Shown: positions 9,985 to 19,859, counted from the stretch's first letter. The stretch: DNA of 64,000 bases from Candidatus Eiseniibacteriota bacterium (GCA_963744995.1 CAVUWA010000011.1:160001-224000); one strand, 5' to 3'. Notes: generated by a model not told the origin, from the letters alone. Numbers and translations: made by a program.

Positions 9985-10519
9985 GGTCGTCGGTCACCTG
10001 TCGGATGAGGGTAATCAGTTGGAGGAGCCCCTCCCATTCTCTCTTCACGGAATTGTCGGGCGCGCCAGTCTTCCAATAGATCGTCCTGAGAGCGTGGCCG
10101 GCCCGAACCTTCAGGTACATGGTCATGCTTGGATGTCGGTCAATGCCGGGGTTCATGGGGATCACCTCAGGAAATTCGAACAGCCGAATAGCGATCATCT
10201 TTCGGTAGATGGTATCCAGTTCCGCTTCGGTCAACTCAAGGGCGATCGAAGTGTCCGGGTCGGTGACGAGATCCTTCGTCACCAGGCCTGAGAACGTGTC
10301 GATCTTCTCCCCGTGTCCCGTCTCGAAGACGAACCCGAAATCATCGCGCGGAAACCGATGCGCATCTTCCGCCCGGATCGGCAAGTTCACCGGTCCCATG
10401 TCGGACTCTGTTTCGACACACGCTCCCGAACCGAGGGACAGGAGGAATGCTACAAACCACGCAGCGGTTGGGCCGATCGCCTTTACACGATACCCGGCCA
10501 ACACCGCCGCGGATCTCAT
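9938..10519 (-). CDS. Hypothetical exported protein/lipoprotein (paralogue A)
   Basis: ATGA overlap with the upstream gene. Hydrophobic leader ending GSGAC. Shares FGFV.E...GEKIDTF and HAEYQALPPARG with paralogue B. Confidence 0.7.
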   Translation of the reverse strand: MRSAAVLAGYRVKAIGPTAAWFVAFLLSLGSGACVETESDMGPVNLPIRAEDAHRFPRDDFGFVFETGHGEKIDTFSGLVTKDLVTDPDTSIALELTEAELDTIYRKMIAIRLFEFPEVIPMNPGIDRHPSMTMYLKVRAGHALRTIYWKTGAPDNSVKREWEGLLQLITLIRQVTDDHAEYQALPPARGVYY

Positions 10520-11190
10520 CTGGTTCCCGCATCCACCGGCCAGCGGTAGTGCCCCGTCATCGGCCATTCGAACAGCACATCCTCGATCCGCGGACCCCAG
10601 GCGATGTTGTGCACGACCTTCCAGCGCGCGCCGTCGCGCGAGCGGACGTTCACGACGATGCCGATGTGCGGCAGGTCGCCCGGGAGCGTCCAGGTGACGA
10701 GATCCCCCGGCTGGTAGTCGTCTTCGCTGCGCGTCACGGGCAGGGACCCGCCGTGGCGCTCGAAGAACGCCTGCAGATTGGGCACGCGACGGTGGTCGAT
10801 GCTGGGGTCCGGCTTCGTGAGACCCCAGCGATCGGGGTAGGCGTCGAAGTGATGTTCCATGTCCTCGTGCACGAGCTTCTGCAGATCGATGCCGGCGGCG
10901 CGGTAGGCGCGGATCACGACGTCCGTGCAGACGCCGAGTGAATCCGGAACGTCGCCGTCCGGATAGCCGATCTTCCGGTACGAGCGGTCGTAGCGCACGC
11001 GGTGCGTCGTGCGCTCGAGCGCGGCGCGCACGACCCGCGCGCGGATCGAGTCGGGCGGCGCGTCGGCTCGGGCCGGGGCAGGCCCCGCCAGGACGGCCAG
11101 GGCGAGCGCGAGGCCCGGGAGCGCGGCCCACGCCGGCGGGCGGGCGGAACGGCCCGGGCCGCCCCCGCCGCGCCGACGACTACTTCGCAT
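10516..11190 (-). CDS. DUF1287 (YijF-like) exported protein; start uncertain
   Basis: YPDGDVP..GVCTDVVIRAYR, IDHRRVPNL, PGDLVTW, HIGIV, HNI. Confidence 0.85.
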   Translation of the reverse strand: MRSSRRRGGGGPGRSARPPAWAALPGLALALAVLAGPAPARADAPPDSIRARVVRAALERTTHRVRYDRSYRKIGYPDGDVPDSLGVCTDVVIRAYRAAGIDLQKLVHEDMEHHFDAYPDRWGLTKPDPSIDHRRVPNLQAFFERHGGSLPVTRSEDDYQPGDLVTWTLPGDLPHIGIVVNVRSRDGARWKVVHNIAWGPRIEDVLFEWPMTGHYRWPVDAGTR

Positions 11191-11563
11191 CTTCGATGAT
11201 CGCGATCGCCGTGGCCTCCACGTCGGCCGCGACCGTGCCGAGGTCCGCCGAGCGGGTCAGCATGTTCAGCATCGCCTGCGGCGCGATCATGCCCAGCTTC
11301 GTCACCCCGCCCTCTTCGTACACGCTGATCCGGCACGGCAGGGCCAGGTTGAGGCTCATGTCCTTCTTCAGCACCTCGCTTGCGATCTGCGGATTGCAGA
11401 TCTCGAAGATCCGGCACTCGTGCGGGAACTCGACGCCCTTGGCCTGCAGCGTCGCGCGCAGGTCGTGCACGTGCAGGACACCGAACTGGTGCTGCGTCAC
11501 CGACTTCTCCAGATCCGCGGCGGCCTGATCGATGCTCTTCTTCGACTCGACGACGTATTTCAT
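11180..11563 (-). CDS. DUF302 domain protein
   Basis: FGVLHVHDL, IFEICNP, LPCRISVY. RBS GAGGAG. Confidence 0.9.
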   Translation of the reverse strand: MKYVVESKKSIDQAAADLEKSVTQHQFGVLHVHDLRATLQAKGVEFPHECRIFEICNPQIASEVLKKDMSLNLALPCRISVYEEGGVTKLGMIAPQAMLNMLTRSADLGTVAADVEATAIAIIEDAK

Positions 11564-11596
11564 GGCCACTCCTCACGGGCGCCACGGAGAACGGCA

Positions 11597-11635
11597 ACGC
11601 CCCTTCGCTGCAAACTAATCACAGCGAAGGGGCGT
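11597..11635. terminator. Inverted repeat downstream of the OMP gene (terminator or regulatory)
   Basis: ACGCCCCTTCGCTG-N11-CAGCGAAGGGGCGT. Confidence 0.5.
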
Positions 11636-11719
11636 GTTTCCAACGGGCATTGCGGGATTCACCCTTCGTTGACGTGCACGGCCGGTCGCGGGGCGGGCGG
11701 CGCGACCGCGCCGGTCCGC

Positions 11720-12613
11720 CTAGAAGAACCCCCAGCTCAGGCCGAAGCGCATGCCCACGCCGTCCATGCTCACGCTCTCGCGCACGTCCTGGCCGCTGAG
11801 CGCGTCCACGGTATCGCGGTGCAACTCGGACCCGTTCACGAACACCTCGGCGTTCAGCCGCGAGCGCGGGCCGATCGGGTAGGCGATGCCGCCCCAGCCC
11901 TGCCAGCCCCAGCCGCCGAACGTGGCGTCGAACGAATCGCCGGGCACGTTGTAGACATCGCCGCTGATGCCGAGCCACTGATAGCCGCCGGCGATGCCGA
12001 AGTAGGGGATCACCGTCATGTCGCTGCCGGCATTGAGCTCCGCGAACATCTGGAGCGGCACCCAGTCCGAGGTCGAGCTCGACAGCTCTCGCCGGATGTC
12101 GATCTGCTCGCCGCCCGGGCCGGTGCCGGTGCCGATGAGCTCGGTGTAGCGCTGCGTGCGGTGCCGCCAGTCGAGGCCGACTCCCAGTTGCAGATGTTCG
12201 TCGACCTTCGGCCCCATGCGGAACCCGAACAGCAGGCCGCGCTCGGGATCGCCGTCGGGATCGAAGAAGCCGGCGTGGATCATCGTCGAGCCGCCGTACG
12301 ACGCCGCACGCGACGGCGACGAGCGCCGCGGCCGGTAGCGGATGGACTCGAGGCGGGTGCCCTCCTCACCGATGCGGATCGCGGGACGGTCGCGGCGCGG
12401 GCGGTACTTGAGCGAAACCAGCGACAGGTCGCTGGCGCGGCCTTCGGTCGCGGTTTCGACGCCGGCCTCGAGCGGCCCGGCCGTTTCGACGTCCACGGCC
12501 ATGAACTGCTGCGCCGCGGCGGCCGCGTCGGGGGCCTGTGCGAGCGCAGGTGCGGCCAGCGCCGCGAGCGCGACGGCGCTCAGGGCGAGACTCATCTGGA
12601 TCGGGCGTTTCAT
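11720..12613 (-). CDS. Outer-membrane beta-barrel protein
   Basis: Signal peptide MKRPIQMSLAL...ALA, strand PYFGIAGGY, C-terminal FGLSWGFF. RBS GGAGGAG. Confidence 0.75.
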   Translation of the reverse strand: MKRPIQMSLALSAVALAALAAPALAQAPDAAAAAQQFMAVDVETAGPLEAGVETATEGRASDLSLVSLKYRPRRDRPAIRIGEEGTRLESIRYRPRRSSPSRAASYGGSTMIHAGFFDPDGDPERGLLFGFRMGPKVDEHLQLGVGLDWRHRTQRYTELIGTGTGPGGEQIDIRRELSSSTSDWVPLQMFAELNAGSDMTVIPYFGIAGGYQWLGISGDVYNVPGDSFDATFGGWGWQGWGGIAYPIGPRSRLNAEVFVNGSELHRDTVDALSGQDVRESVSMDGVGMRFGLSWGFF

Positions 12614-12671
12614 GGTGTCTCCTCCGATACGCAGGCCGGCCGGTCGGCCGGCTCCTTGCTTTCGATGCATC

Positions 12672-12686
12672 GCACGCGGCGTGCCG
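12672..12686 (-). promoter_or_regulatory. Putative sigma54 -24/-12 promoter
   Basis: Minus strand CGGCACGCCGCGTGC (GG-N10-GC). IHF-like CAACCGCTTG near 12745. Confidence 0.55.
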
Positions 12687-12838
12687 AAACCCATTCTGCA
12701 CCCTGAACGCCGCAACCCCGCCACTTCCAGCGGGGTTCGGCTCGCAACCGCTTGTGGCGTAGCGGCTTCTGCGACGCAGACTGTTGCGACTCCGCCGCAC
12801 ACCGTGCTAGCGTGCGGCGCCTTCCGGGAAAGGTGGTC

Positions 12839-13657
12839 ATGCAGACGCTCCTGATGCTGACAGTGCTGACGCTCGCGGCGCCGCCCGGGCCCGGCCCCAC
12901 GCTCGCCGTCGAAGACACGATGCGCACCTCGGTGCCCGAGGTGCTCGTCACCGCGCCGCGCGTCACCCTGGACGAAATCCTCGACCGGGTCGCCCGCGGT
13001 GAGGCGCGCCGCGACTCGCTCATTCACGACGAGGTGTTCACGTTCACCCTGCGCGTCATGGGCCGGATCGCCAGCACGAAGGAACCGCGCCTGCTGGTCG
13101 AGCAGGTGAGCCGCGTCTACCGCAGGCGCCCCGATCTCGTGCGCTCCGTCACGTTGCGCGACTACCGCTACAAGGAAAAGAAGAAGGCGGCGGTGCAGGC
13201 CGAGTTCTCGTCGAACATGAGCGAAGAGGTCGTGAACTTCGCGTTCCGCCCCGAGGCGCGCCGCGACTACAGGTACTCGATCGCGGATCGGAAGATCGTC
13301 GGCTACCACGTGATCTACGAAATCGAGTTCGAGCCGCGCTCGAAGCTCGCCTTCGACAAACCGCGCGGCCACGTCTGGGTGGACACCAACGACTTCGTGA
13401 TCGTGCGCGAGGAGCTGCAGTTCGACCGCTCGCCCGCACCGCTGATCCTCAAGGGCATCGACCGCATGGTCGTCGAGCGCGGGCAGGTGGACGGCTTCTG
13501 GGTGCTGAAGCGCGTGCTGATGCGCCTGCACATGACCGTGCCCATGCCGACCGTCGGGCGCGGATTCGATCTGGCGCTGATGTACGACGACTACGCGCTG
13601 AACCAGGGCATCGACGACCGTGTCTTCGAAAACCAGACCACGATGGAGGCGCGATGA
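12839..13657 (+). CDS. Exported protein resembling the N-terminal part of DUF5686-type proteins
   Basis: Signal peptide. ARRDYRYSI...IYEIEFEPR...GHVWVDTNDFVI motif. Confidence 0.55.
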   Translation: MQTLLMLTVLTLAAPPGPGPTLAVEDTMRTSVPEVLVTAPRVTLDEILDRVARGEARRDSLIHDEVFTFTLRVMGRIASTKEPRLLVEQVSRVYRRRPDLVRSVTLRDYRYKEKKKAAVQAEFSSNMSEEVVNFAFRPEARRDYRYSIADRKIVGYHVIYEIEFEPRSKLAFDKPRGHVWVDTNDFVIVREELQFDRSPAPLILKGIDRMVVERGQVDGFWVLKRVLMRLHMTVPMPTVGRGFDLALMYDDYALNQGIDDRVFENQTTMEAR

Positions 13658-15036
13658 GGCTGTCCATGTTCGGCGTTCGTGACGCTCGCCATGCCACGGC
13701 CGCCGTGCGGGGCCTCGCGGCGGCGCTGCTCGTGCCCGCCATGATCGCGTGGCACGCCCCGCCGGCCGCCGCCGCGCCCGCGCCCGCCGACACTTCGCTG
13801 CGCGAGTACCTGGGCGAGCTGCGCGACTCCACCGACACGTACTTCGGCCGCTCGGCCGCGCCGCTCGACACCACGGGGCTCGACAGCGCGCTGGTCTGGG
13901 GGCTTGCGCATCCGGAGGCGCCGCGGGGCCGCCAGTCGACGCTGACGCTGCTGCCGACGTTCCGCTTCAACCGCGCCGACGGCCCGGTGTACGGCGGAAC
14001 GCTGGGTATCGGCCGTCCCGAGCATGAAGGCCGGTTGACCGGCCGCATGTCGTGGGCCGTCGGTCCGCGCGACCTGCTCGGCGGCGCGGCGTACACCAGG
14101 AGCCTCATCCGCGGCCCGGCAGCGTGGCGCTTCACGGCCTCGGGCGGGCGCCGCACGGGGATCATCGATCGCGAGCGCAGCGACAAGACGTTCGCCGCCT
14201 TCATCGCGCTCACCACGGGCTCGGATTCACGGCACTACATGCGCGAGGACGGCTTCACGCTCTCGCTCGAGCGCGAGACCCCGGTATGGCGCGGACGCGT
14301 CGGCTACGCCGACGAGTTGCAGTCGCCGCTCGCGACCACGACGACGTGGAGCCTGTGGGGCGGGCGCGCCGATCCGCGTGTGAACCTGCCGGCCGCCTTC
14401 GGCCGCAACCGCGAGCTGCACTACGAACTCGGCGTGCAGCTGCCGGTCGTGCCGGTGTTCGCGCAGGCCAGCTACGCGACGTCGAGCCCGAGGATCGGCA
14501 GCGACTTCGACTACCGGCGCATGCGCGTCGCCGCTTCCGGCGACTGGGCGCTCGGCGACGCGTTCTCGATCGTGCCGCAGGCCGCCTACGGGCGGCTCAC
14601 CGGCGACGCCGTACCGCAGGCGTCGTTCTTCCTCGGCGGCAACCGCTCGCTGCGCAGCATTCGGGGCTCGTCGCGCGCCGGCACCGGACTTGCGCTCGGC
14701 CGCATCGACCTGATCGGCCACGACGACGTGCTGGCGCTCATGCACCTGCCGCATCCCGACGCGTTCCCGGTCGAGGTCGGCGCGTTCGCGGCGAGCGGGG
14801 TGGTGTGGGGCGTCGATCCGTTCGGCGGCCCGACCCTCGACGGCACCGACTGGCCGCGCAAGCAGGACTGGCTGCACGAGGTCGGCGTGCAGATCCTCTA
14901 CCGCCCCGGCTTCCCCGAGACCGACGGCTACCTGCGCGTGAGCTACGCGTGGCCGCTCGGCCCCACCGATCGCAGCGGGCGCTGGATGTTCACCTACTCG
15001 CGCGCGCTCGACCTGGTGGATCGGATCGCACGGTAG
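13654..15036 (+). CDS. Outer-membrane beta-barrel protein (DUF5686/BamA-TamA-barrel-like)
   Basis: ATGA coupling, signal peptide, FRFNRADG, FFLGGNRSLRS, amphipathic strands. Confidence 0.6.
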   Translation: MRLSMFGVRDARHATAAVRGLAAALLVPAMIAWHAPPAAAAPAPADTSLREYLGELRDSTDTYFGRSAAPLDTTGLDSALVWGLAHPEAPRGRQSTLTLLPTFRFNRADGPVYGGTLGIGRPEHEGRLTGRMSWAVGPRDLLGGAAYTRSLIRGPAAWRFTASGGRRTGIIDRERSDKTFAAFIALTTGSDSRHYMREDGFTLSLERETPVWRGRVGYADELQSPLATTTTWSLWGGRADPRVNLPAAFGRNRELHYELGVQLPVVPVFAQASYATSSPRIGSDFDYRRMRVAASGDWALGDAFSIVPQAAYGRLTGDAVPQASFFLGGNRSLRSIRGSSRAGTGLALGRIDLIGHDDVLALMHLPHPDAFPVEVGAFAASGVVWGVDPFGGPTLDGTDWPRKQDWLHEVGVQILYRPGFPETDGYLRVSYAWPLGPTDRSGRWMFTYSRALDLVDRIAR

Positions 15037-15444
15037 GGCGGGCGGGGTCGGGCGGCCGCGCGGCCCCAGCGTGACCGTGGCCCCGCTCGAGCGAGTTCGG
15101 CGCCTCTGCTCGTGAGGGCCGAGCAGGGTGAGCTGCGCGCCCGGCCCGGTGGCCCGGCATCCGCATCCCCGCGGGGTCCGGCGGGTTCGACCTCGAGCGC
15201 GGCTGCTATGAGGGCGACGTGCTCGTCGCGGACGCATGGCCCGCCGCCGACGCGAGCGAGCCGCCCCTCGCGCTGGCCGTTCCCGCGCCCCAGGCGGCGC
15301 CGGCGCGGTGACGGCCGCCCGCGGTCCCGGAGCGCGCTGCGGAGCCGGGCGCTCGCAGGGAACGCGGCGATCAAGAAGCGGGGCGTTGCGCCCGATAGCC
15401 GGGAAAAACGGGGGCGCACGCCTCCACCGCCCCGGAACCGCGCA

Positions 15445-15619
15445 TGTTCGCTACAGCCCACCGTTCACCAGCCAGCACCAGAAGGGCAACAACAACATAT
15501 GCAACACTTAAAGCGAGCAACATTGCACGGGGATCACTGTACCGCCCAAGAACAAGGCAGGTGAAAGCACATACCATTATTACACTCCATAGGACGTTTA
15601 TAATCAGCGCTATCCTCAT
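15445..15619 (-). pseudogene. Truncated last cassette ORF (membrane protein N-terminus)
   Basis: ATG just after the attC R' site. AT-rich, two TM helices, then runs into GC-rich DNA near 15445 with no attC. Confidence 0.55.
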
Positions 15620-15626
15620 CGATTAC

Positions 15627-15690
15627 ACATAACGTCTTGCCGACAGGCTGTGCGCTGAACGTGGCCGTCAGCTTCATCCGCTTGTTAGAC
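15627..15690 (-). repeat. attC site (arms poorly paired)
   Basis: Minus strand GTCTAAC-AAGCGGATGAAGCTGACG...GAC-GTTATGT. The upstream ORF's TAA stop lies inside R''. Confidence 0.75.
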
Positions 15691-16494
15691 GGCGCCAGCC
15701 ACGCCGGTGACGATGTGCGCGGGCGAGTTGAAGACGACGGCACCGTCTTCAGTAACGTATTTCGCAAGGGCGCTCTCAGCCTCCTTCAGGATGTTCTGGA
15801 TTTGCTCCTCCGTCAGCAGGACTCCCATGACGGGCAACCAACCCCTGAGGTCGGCTTCAACCATCGTCCTGATGTTGGGGAACCGGGCTGTTCCGTTGTG
15901 AGTCGCGACCCTCACAGATCCGACCCCTGACTCCTCAAACAGGCCGATCAACGCGTCTCTGTCCCCAAGCACAAAAGGGGCCCGCAACGCGTTGGCTGCC
16001 GCCTCGCCCGCCAGACGTTCGAGCAACTCGACCTCAACCGGATAGGCTTCAGAGTTCTCCAAGCTGTCCCAGACTGCGAGCGTCAATCCTCCGCCCGGCT
16101 TTAGCACGCGGCTCATCTCCCTGAGTGCAAGCGAGCGATTGGTGAAGAACATCAAGCCGAACTGACACACAACGGCGTCGAACGACCGGTCGGGATACGG
16201 AAGTGACTCTGCCGTACCCTCCTTCCACTCGATGCGCGGCGCCAACTCCTTCGCGACGGTCAACATGCCGCGCCCCGGATCAACTCCTGCCACGCGGCCC
16301 GAGGCCCCCACCCGACCTGCCGCCTCTCTAGCCAACACGCCGGTGCCGCACGCAACATCCAGCACTTGATATCCAGGGCCAACGCCAGCGGCATCAAGCA
16401 CCCGAGAACACCATTGCTCAAACAGCGCGGGCACATGTAGATCTTCGTATGCTCGTGCCCCTGCGACCTGATCATCAAGCCTCGGCTCCTGCAC
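15685..16494 (-). CDS. Class I SAM-dependent methyltransferase (cassette)
   Basis: VLDVACGTG, FDAVVCQFGLMFF, RVLKPGG. RBS GGAGG. Confidence 0.9.
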   Translation of the reverse strand: MQEPRLDDQVAGARAYEDLHVPALFEQWCSRVLDAAGVGPGYQVLDVACGTGVLAREAAGRVGASGRVAGVDPGRGMLTVAKELAPRIEWKEGTAESLPYPDRSFDAVVCQFGLMFFTNRSLALREMSRVLKPGGGLTLAVWDSLENSEAYPVEVELLERLAGEAAANALRAPFVLGDRDALIGLFEESGVGSVRVATHNGTARFPNIRTMVEADLRGWLPVMGVLLTEEQIQNILKEAESALAKYVTEDGAVVFNSPAHIVTGVAGAV

Positions 16495-16515
16495 TGTGGT
16501 CTATCCTCCCCGTGC

Positions 16516-16577
16516 GTCCAACGTCGTCGGTATCGGCGCCGGCGCGCAGCGCCGTCCGCTGCATGCTGTTGCTAGAC
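16516..16577 (-). repeat. attC site
   Basis: Minus strand GTCTAGC-AACAGCATGCAGCGGACGGCGCTGCGCGCC...GAC-GTTGGAC. Confidence 0.75.
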
Positions 16578-16621
16578 GGCATGGTCGGCGGCACCTCTAG
16601 CCAGCGGTCGTTCCTGGGACG

Positions 16622-17109
16622 TCAGAACATCGTGTTGTCATTGGCGGATTGCGCGGGTACGGGTTGCACGACATCCCAATGCTCGACGATGCGGCAGTTT
16701 TCGACTCGAAAGATATCAACCACCGCAAACCCAAGATCCTCTGGCGTTGCTTGGCTACGATAATGAACAGTGACCAAGTCGTCGGACGCGACTATGCGAT
16801 GGATGGTGAAAATCCGGTTCGGATACCGTTGAAAGAGATTCTCGAGGAAACCGATGATGGAATCGCGGCCGTCGGGAAGAGCGGTCTTATGTTGTACATA
16901 GTCGGAGGCCACCCAGCCTTCGAAGGCTTGTCGGACTTCTTTCTTCCGGTAGAGGGAATCGATGATTGGTCGACAACTTCACGGGCCGACAGCGTGCAGA
17001 CTTTCTGAGATGGTGTCGCTGATGGAGTTTCAGCTGCCCATGCGGGAACAGCCAATAGTGCCGCCACGGACATGTGACAGAGGACCATGCGCTTGAGAGT
17101 GGTTCCCAT
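16622..17109 (-). pseudogene. Exported SnoaL/NTF2-like protein with a frameshift near 16965 (cassette)
   Basis: The signal-peptide frame (MGTTLKRM...VVDQ) joins IDSLYRKKEVRQAF...YVQH...VVDIFRVENCRIVEHWDVVQ after one missing base. Confidence 0.8.
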
Positions 17110-17222
17110 TGACGCCCTCCTGGAGCTGGCAGACCTTATCGACGACCTCACACATCACGATACACATGGCGATGCGCCTCACCTCGCGAGTGCCTCGCCA
17201 GGCGCTGCGGCGTGGGTATGCC

Positions 17223-17358
17223 GTCTGACGTCCGGGGATCAGCGGCGGCCGGTGCTCAAAGAAGATGCGAGCGCGAAGAGCGGCTGGCCCGCGCCGAATG
17301 GCGAGCCCACTGGCGCAAGTCAGCTTCGCCGGCTGTCCGCTGCATCCCCTCGTTCGGC
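17223..17358 (-). repeat. attC site (long)
   Basis: Minus strand GCCGAAC-GAGGGGATGCAGCGG...CCGCTGATCCCCGGAC-GTCAGAC. Arms pair with one extrahelical base. Confidence 0.85.
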
Positions 17359-18051
17359 AGAGCCGACCACAATTTCGAGATCCATTTTGATCTCCTTCAG
17401 CTGACCATCGTACTCGCTCAAGAAATACAGGGCCTCCGCCATCGGCTCTACGCGCTGAAGAATGAAGGCTGGCCCTTCACTCCCCCCACGCTCAGCCAGG
17501 ACCAGGTACACGCCCTGATCCAGGGCCACCCGATGGGCTGACGTCCCGTCGTGGAACGTCCAGCTCTCGGGCGCCGGCCCGACATGCCGCTTGAGGAATT
17601 CCTGCCAGGCAAGCGGAACCGTCTCAGGTGCTCGCTTCCCGGTCGGCACACGGAGCGGATCATTCAGCAGACATCCAATGGGAGCTTCATCCCACGTCTC
17701 GAATGCCACACGTCGCGGCCCCGGCGCAATGGCAAGGTCAAAGATGTGGCCCGCAATACTGGAGAGCGTTGCCGTGTAGCGCTTTCCTGCGATGCGGAAC
17801 GATACCTCCGCGAGAGGATACTCGTCCGTGCACGGAAACGCCGGAACGTCAGTCCAGCTTATCCCGCTTCTCGAACGGTAGAAGTCGATCTCGCTCCACA
17901 AAGGTGGCAATCTCTGAACGTGCCCAATCGCCGCGACCTGCGCGTCAAACATCCCCACTGCAGCTTCCGGCAACACGTCACGAACGGCGCGGAGCAGGCG
18001 CGCCTCGAGTGGCGAGAACGTCCTCCAGAGCAAGCTGATCTCTCGAATCAC
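17320..18051 (-). CDS. Hypothetical protein (cassette), reads into its attC
   Basis: 243-aa ORF bounded by attC sites. R'' is GCCGAAC instead of GCCTAAC, so the ORF stops inside the attC. Confidence 0.7.
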   Translation of the reverse strand: MIREISLLWRTFSPLEARLLRAVRDVLPEAAVGMFDAQVAAIGHVQRLPPLWSEIDFYRSRSGISWTDVPAFPCTDEYPLAEVSFRIAGKRYTATLSSIAGHIFDLAIAPGPRRVAFETWDEAPIGCLLNDPLRVPTGKRAPETVPLAWQEFLKRHVGPAPESWTFHDGTSAHRVALDQGVYLVLAERGGSEGPAFILQRVEPMAEALYFLSEYDGQLKEIKMDLEIVVGSAERGDAADSRRS

Positions 18052-18070
18052 GCTTCAAGCTCCAGTGTCT

Positions 18071-18130
18071 GCCTAACGTTCCGGTTCAGCGGCGGTGCGC
18101 AACGCGGGCCGCTGCAACCAGTGGTCAGGC
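18071..18130 (-). repeat. attC site
   Basis: Minus strand GCCTGAC-CACTGGTTGCAGCGG...CCGCTGAACCGGAAC-GTTAGGC. Confidence 0.9.
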
Positions 18131-18152
18131 CGCGCTCCATGGACACCTTGTG

Positions 18153-18785
18153 TCACTCTTCTTCGTGCGACCCCCGCGCGCGCTCGGGGTAGTGACCACT
18201 AACCGGACGTGTGGCGGCCTCAAACATCCCTTCAACGTAATGAATGAACGTAACGTATCTCTCCACGTACTCGCGCCCCGCGTCTATATCCTGAGTCTTG
18301 AAGTCTTTGGCGGCGATGGCTTGCTTATAGCGATCCATGAGTCCATCACGCATGTCTCCAATGAGGAGATTCGTGAGCGGCGCCACATCCCCGGACTTCA
18401 ACGCTTGATCTGCCGCCGGGATTGCAGGTCCCAGATCTCGACCGGCCGGTTTCAGGCCGGTGTAGGGGGCGCCTTCGCCGGCGCGATGGATGCGGACAAG
18501 GGTCTCGAAGAAATACGTGTCGGCGAGTTTCTTCGCCTGCGGGCTCAATTTGCGTACGTTCACGGTTTGGTCGAATGCCTGGCGAAGTTCGGCCTCATCA
18601 TTCTTGCTTGCCCAGATCAGCACCAAGTTCACGTCACCCTTTGCGAGAGCGGCCTGTGCGGCCTTGACAACGGGACCATCCATACCATCGCAATGGGCAT
18701 AGACTGGAACCGCAAACAGCGCTGCTATCCCGATGACAGTGAATAGAGCGAACAGAGCTCTGATAATTCCTCGATTCGTCTTCAT
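18153..18785 (-). CDS. DUF6448-like exported protein (cassette)
   Basis: Signal peptide, then AHCDGMDGPVV, FFETLVRIHRAGEGAPYTGLKPAG, GREYVERYVTFIHYVE. Confidence 0.75.
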   Translation of the reverse strand: MKTNRGIIRALFALFTVIGIAALFAVPVYAHCDGMDGPVVKAAQAALAKGDVNLVLIWASKNDEAELRQAFDQTVNVRKLSPQAKKLADTYFFETLVRIHRAGEGAPYTGLKPAGRDLGPAIPAADQALKSGDVAPLTNLLIGDMRDGLMDRYKQAIAAKDFKTQDIDAGREYVERYVTFIHYVEGMFEAATRPVSGHYPERARGSHEEE

Positions 18786-18818
18786 GGTGTGTTCTCCTCT
18801 GGACTACGCTTGAAGGCG

Positions 18819-18924
18819 GCCGAACGCCTCGGAATTCTGCTGCAGCACCCTCCCGACCGCCAGCTCGCGCTCTCGCGAGCTGCTCAGCAGCCTGCATGCT
18901 GTCGGCAGCAATTCCTTGTTAGGC
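18819..18924 (-). repeat. attC site
   Basis: Minus strand GCCTAAC-AAGGAATTGCTGC...GCAGAATTCCGAGGC-GTTCGGC. Confidence 0.85.
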
Positions 18925-18930
18925 GCCGCC

Positions 18931-19743
18931 CTACCTTCCCCCTCGCACCGCCCAGGCATTGGCTTCCAAGGTGATGGAGCCGTCCGTGTTCCGGGGCAAC
19001 GTTGCAGCCAATCGGCTCGCGAGGTCTTGCTGTCGTTCGGCTGGGAGGGAAGACAAGTACCCCGGAGCCGGACCGGGACCACCCACGAATGGGGTCCAGT
19101 AGTCGTCAAAGTCCTCAAAATGCGTTTCGACTCGAAGCCCCTCGACCCCAACGTTAGAGAACTCTGCCTCTCGGAATGCGGCCTCTAGCGCCGTGGGGCT
19201 GCAGATCGGGAAACGCTCCCCTTCGTCATACTGCCGCGCCGAGGGGTCCAACTCGACCGCGGCGTCCCAGAAGCGGCGGAGGAACTGCATCCCTCCGCCA
19301 TAATCCCAGACGCATGCGGCTACGATCCCGTCATCGGCTGCGAGCGACCTCATCTCTCGCAACGCCCGTGTCGGGTCTGGGATGAAATTCAACACCAGCG
19401 AAGAGGCCACGACGTCATAGCCGGCCGGTCGCCTCGGTAGTTGATCCGCGCTCGCTGTGAGGAACTGAACCCGTTGATCTGCTACAGCGGTGCGGACGTG
19501 TCCTATGAACTGTGGAGAAGCATCCGTCGCCACAACCGACGCAGGGCGTCCGACCTCAAGTATTCCCGAGGTGAGAGCGCCCGTGCCGCATCCGACCTCG
19601 AGCCAGTGGCCGCCCGGTGGTACTTCCAGCCATGTTACGAAGCGGCGAGCCAACTCCCGACTCCAGCGTCCCATGAAATGCTCGTACGCACTTGCGCTTT
19701 CCCAGAGGTCTCTTGGAGAATCATCGGGTGTCATATGCCACAC
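18931..19743 (-). CDS. Class I SAM-dependent methyltransferase (cassette)
   Basis: YEHFMGRWS, WLEVGCGTGALT, LVLNFIPDP, VWDY. Confidence 0.9.
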   Translation of the reverse strand: MWHMTPDDSPRDLWESASAYEHFMGRWSRELARRFVTWLEVPPGGHWLEVGCGTGALTSGILEVGRPASVVATDASPQFIGHVRTAVADQRVQFLTASADQLPRRPAGYDVVASSLVLNFIPDPTRALREMRSLAADDGIVAACVWDYGGGMQFLRRFWDAAVELDPSARQYDEGERFPICSPTALEAAFREAEFSNVGVEGLRVETHFEDFDDYWTPFVGGPGPAPGYLSSLPAERQQDLASRLAATLPRNTDGSITLEANAWAVRGGR

Positions 19744-19756
19744 CGCCTTTTGTGCC

Positions 19757-19815
19757 GCCTAACGTTGGCGCTCACCCGCGCGCGTCAGCACGTCGGGTGC
19801 AGCGCATGGCTAGAT
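19757..19815 (-). repeat. attC site
   Basis: Minus strand ATCTAGC-CATGCGCTGCACCCG...CGGGTGAGCGCCAAC-GTTAGGC. Confidence 0.85.
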
Positions 19816-19859
19816 TTGCTGTAGCTGCCATGGAGCAACCTTCTGCTCAGACGTCCTCG

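Noticed and set aside
15037..15440. Short ORFs in the GC-rich gap after the barrel gene
   Set aside because: No RBS, motif or consistent coding pattern; left unannotated.
15627..19815. Recurrent palindromes read as a CRISPR array or REP elements
   Set aside because: They differ in sequence and length, are separated by whole genes, and carry attC R''/R' ends.
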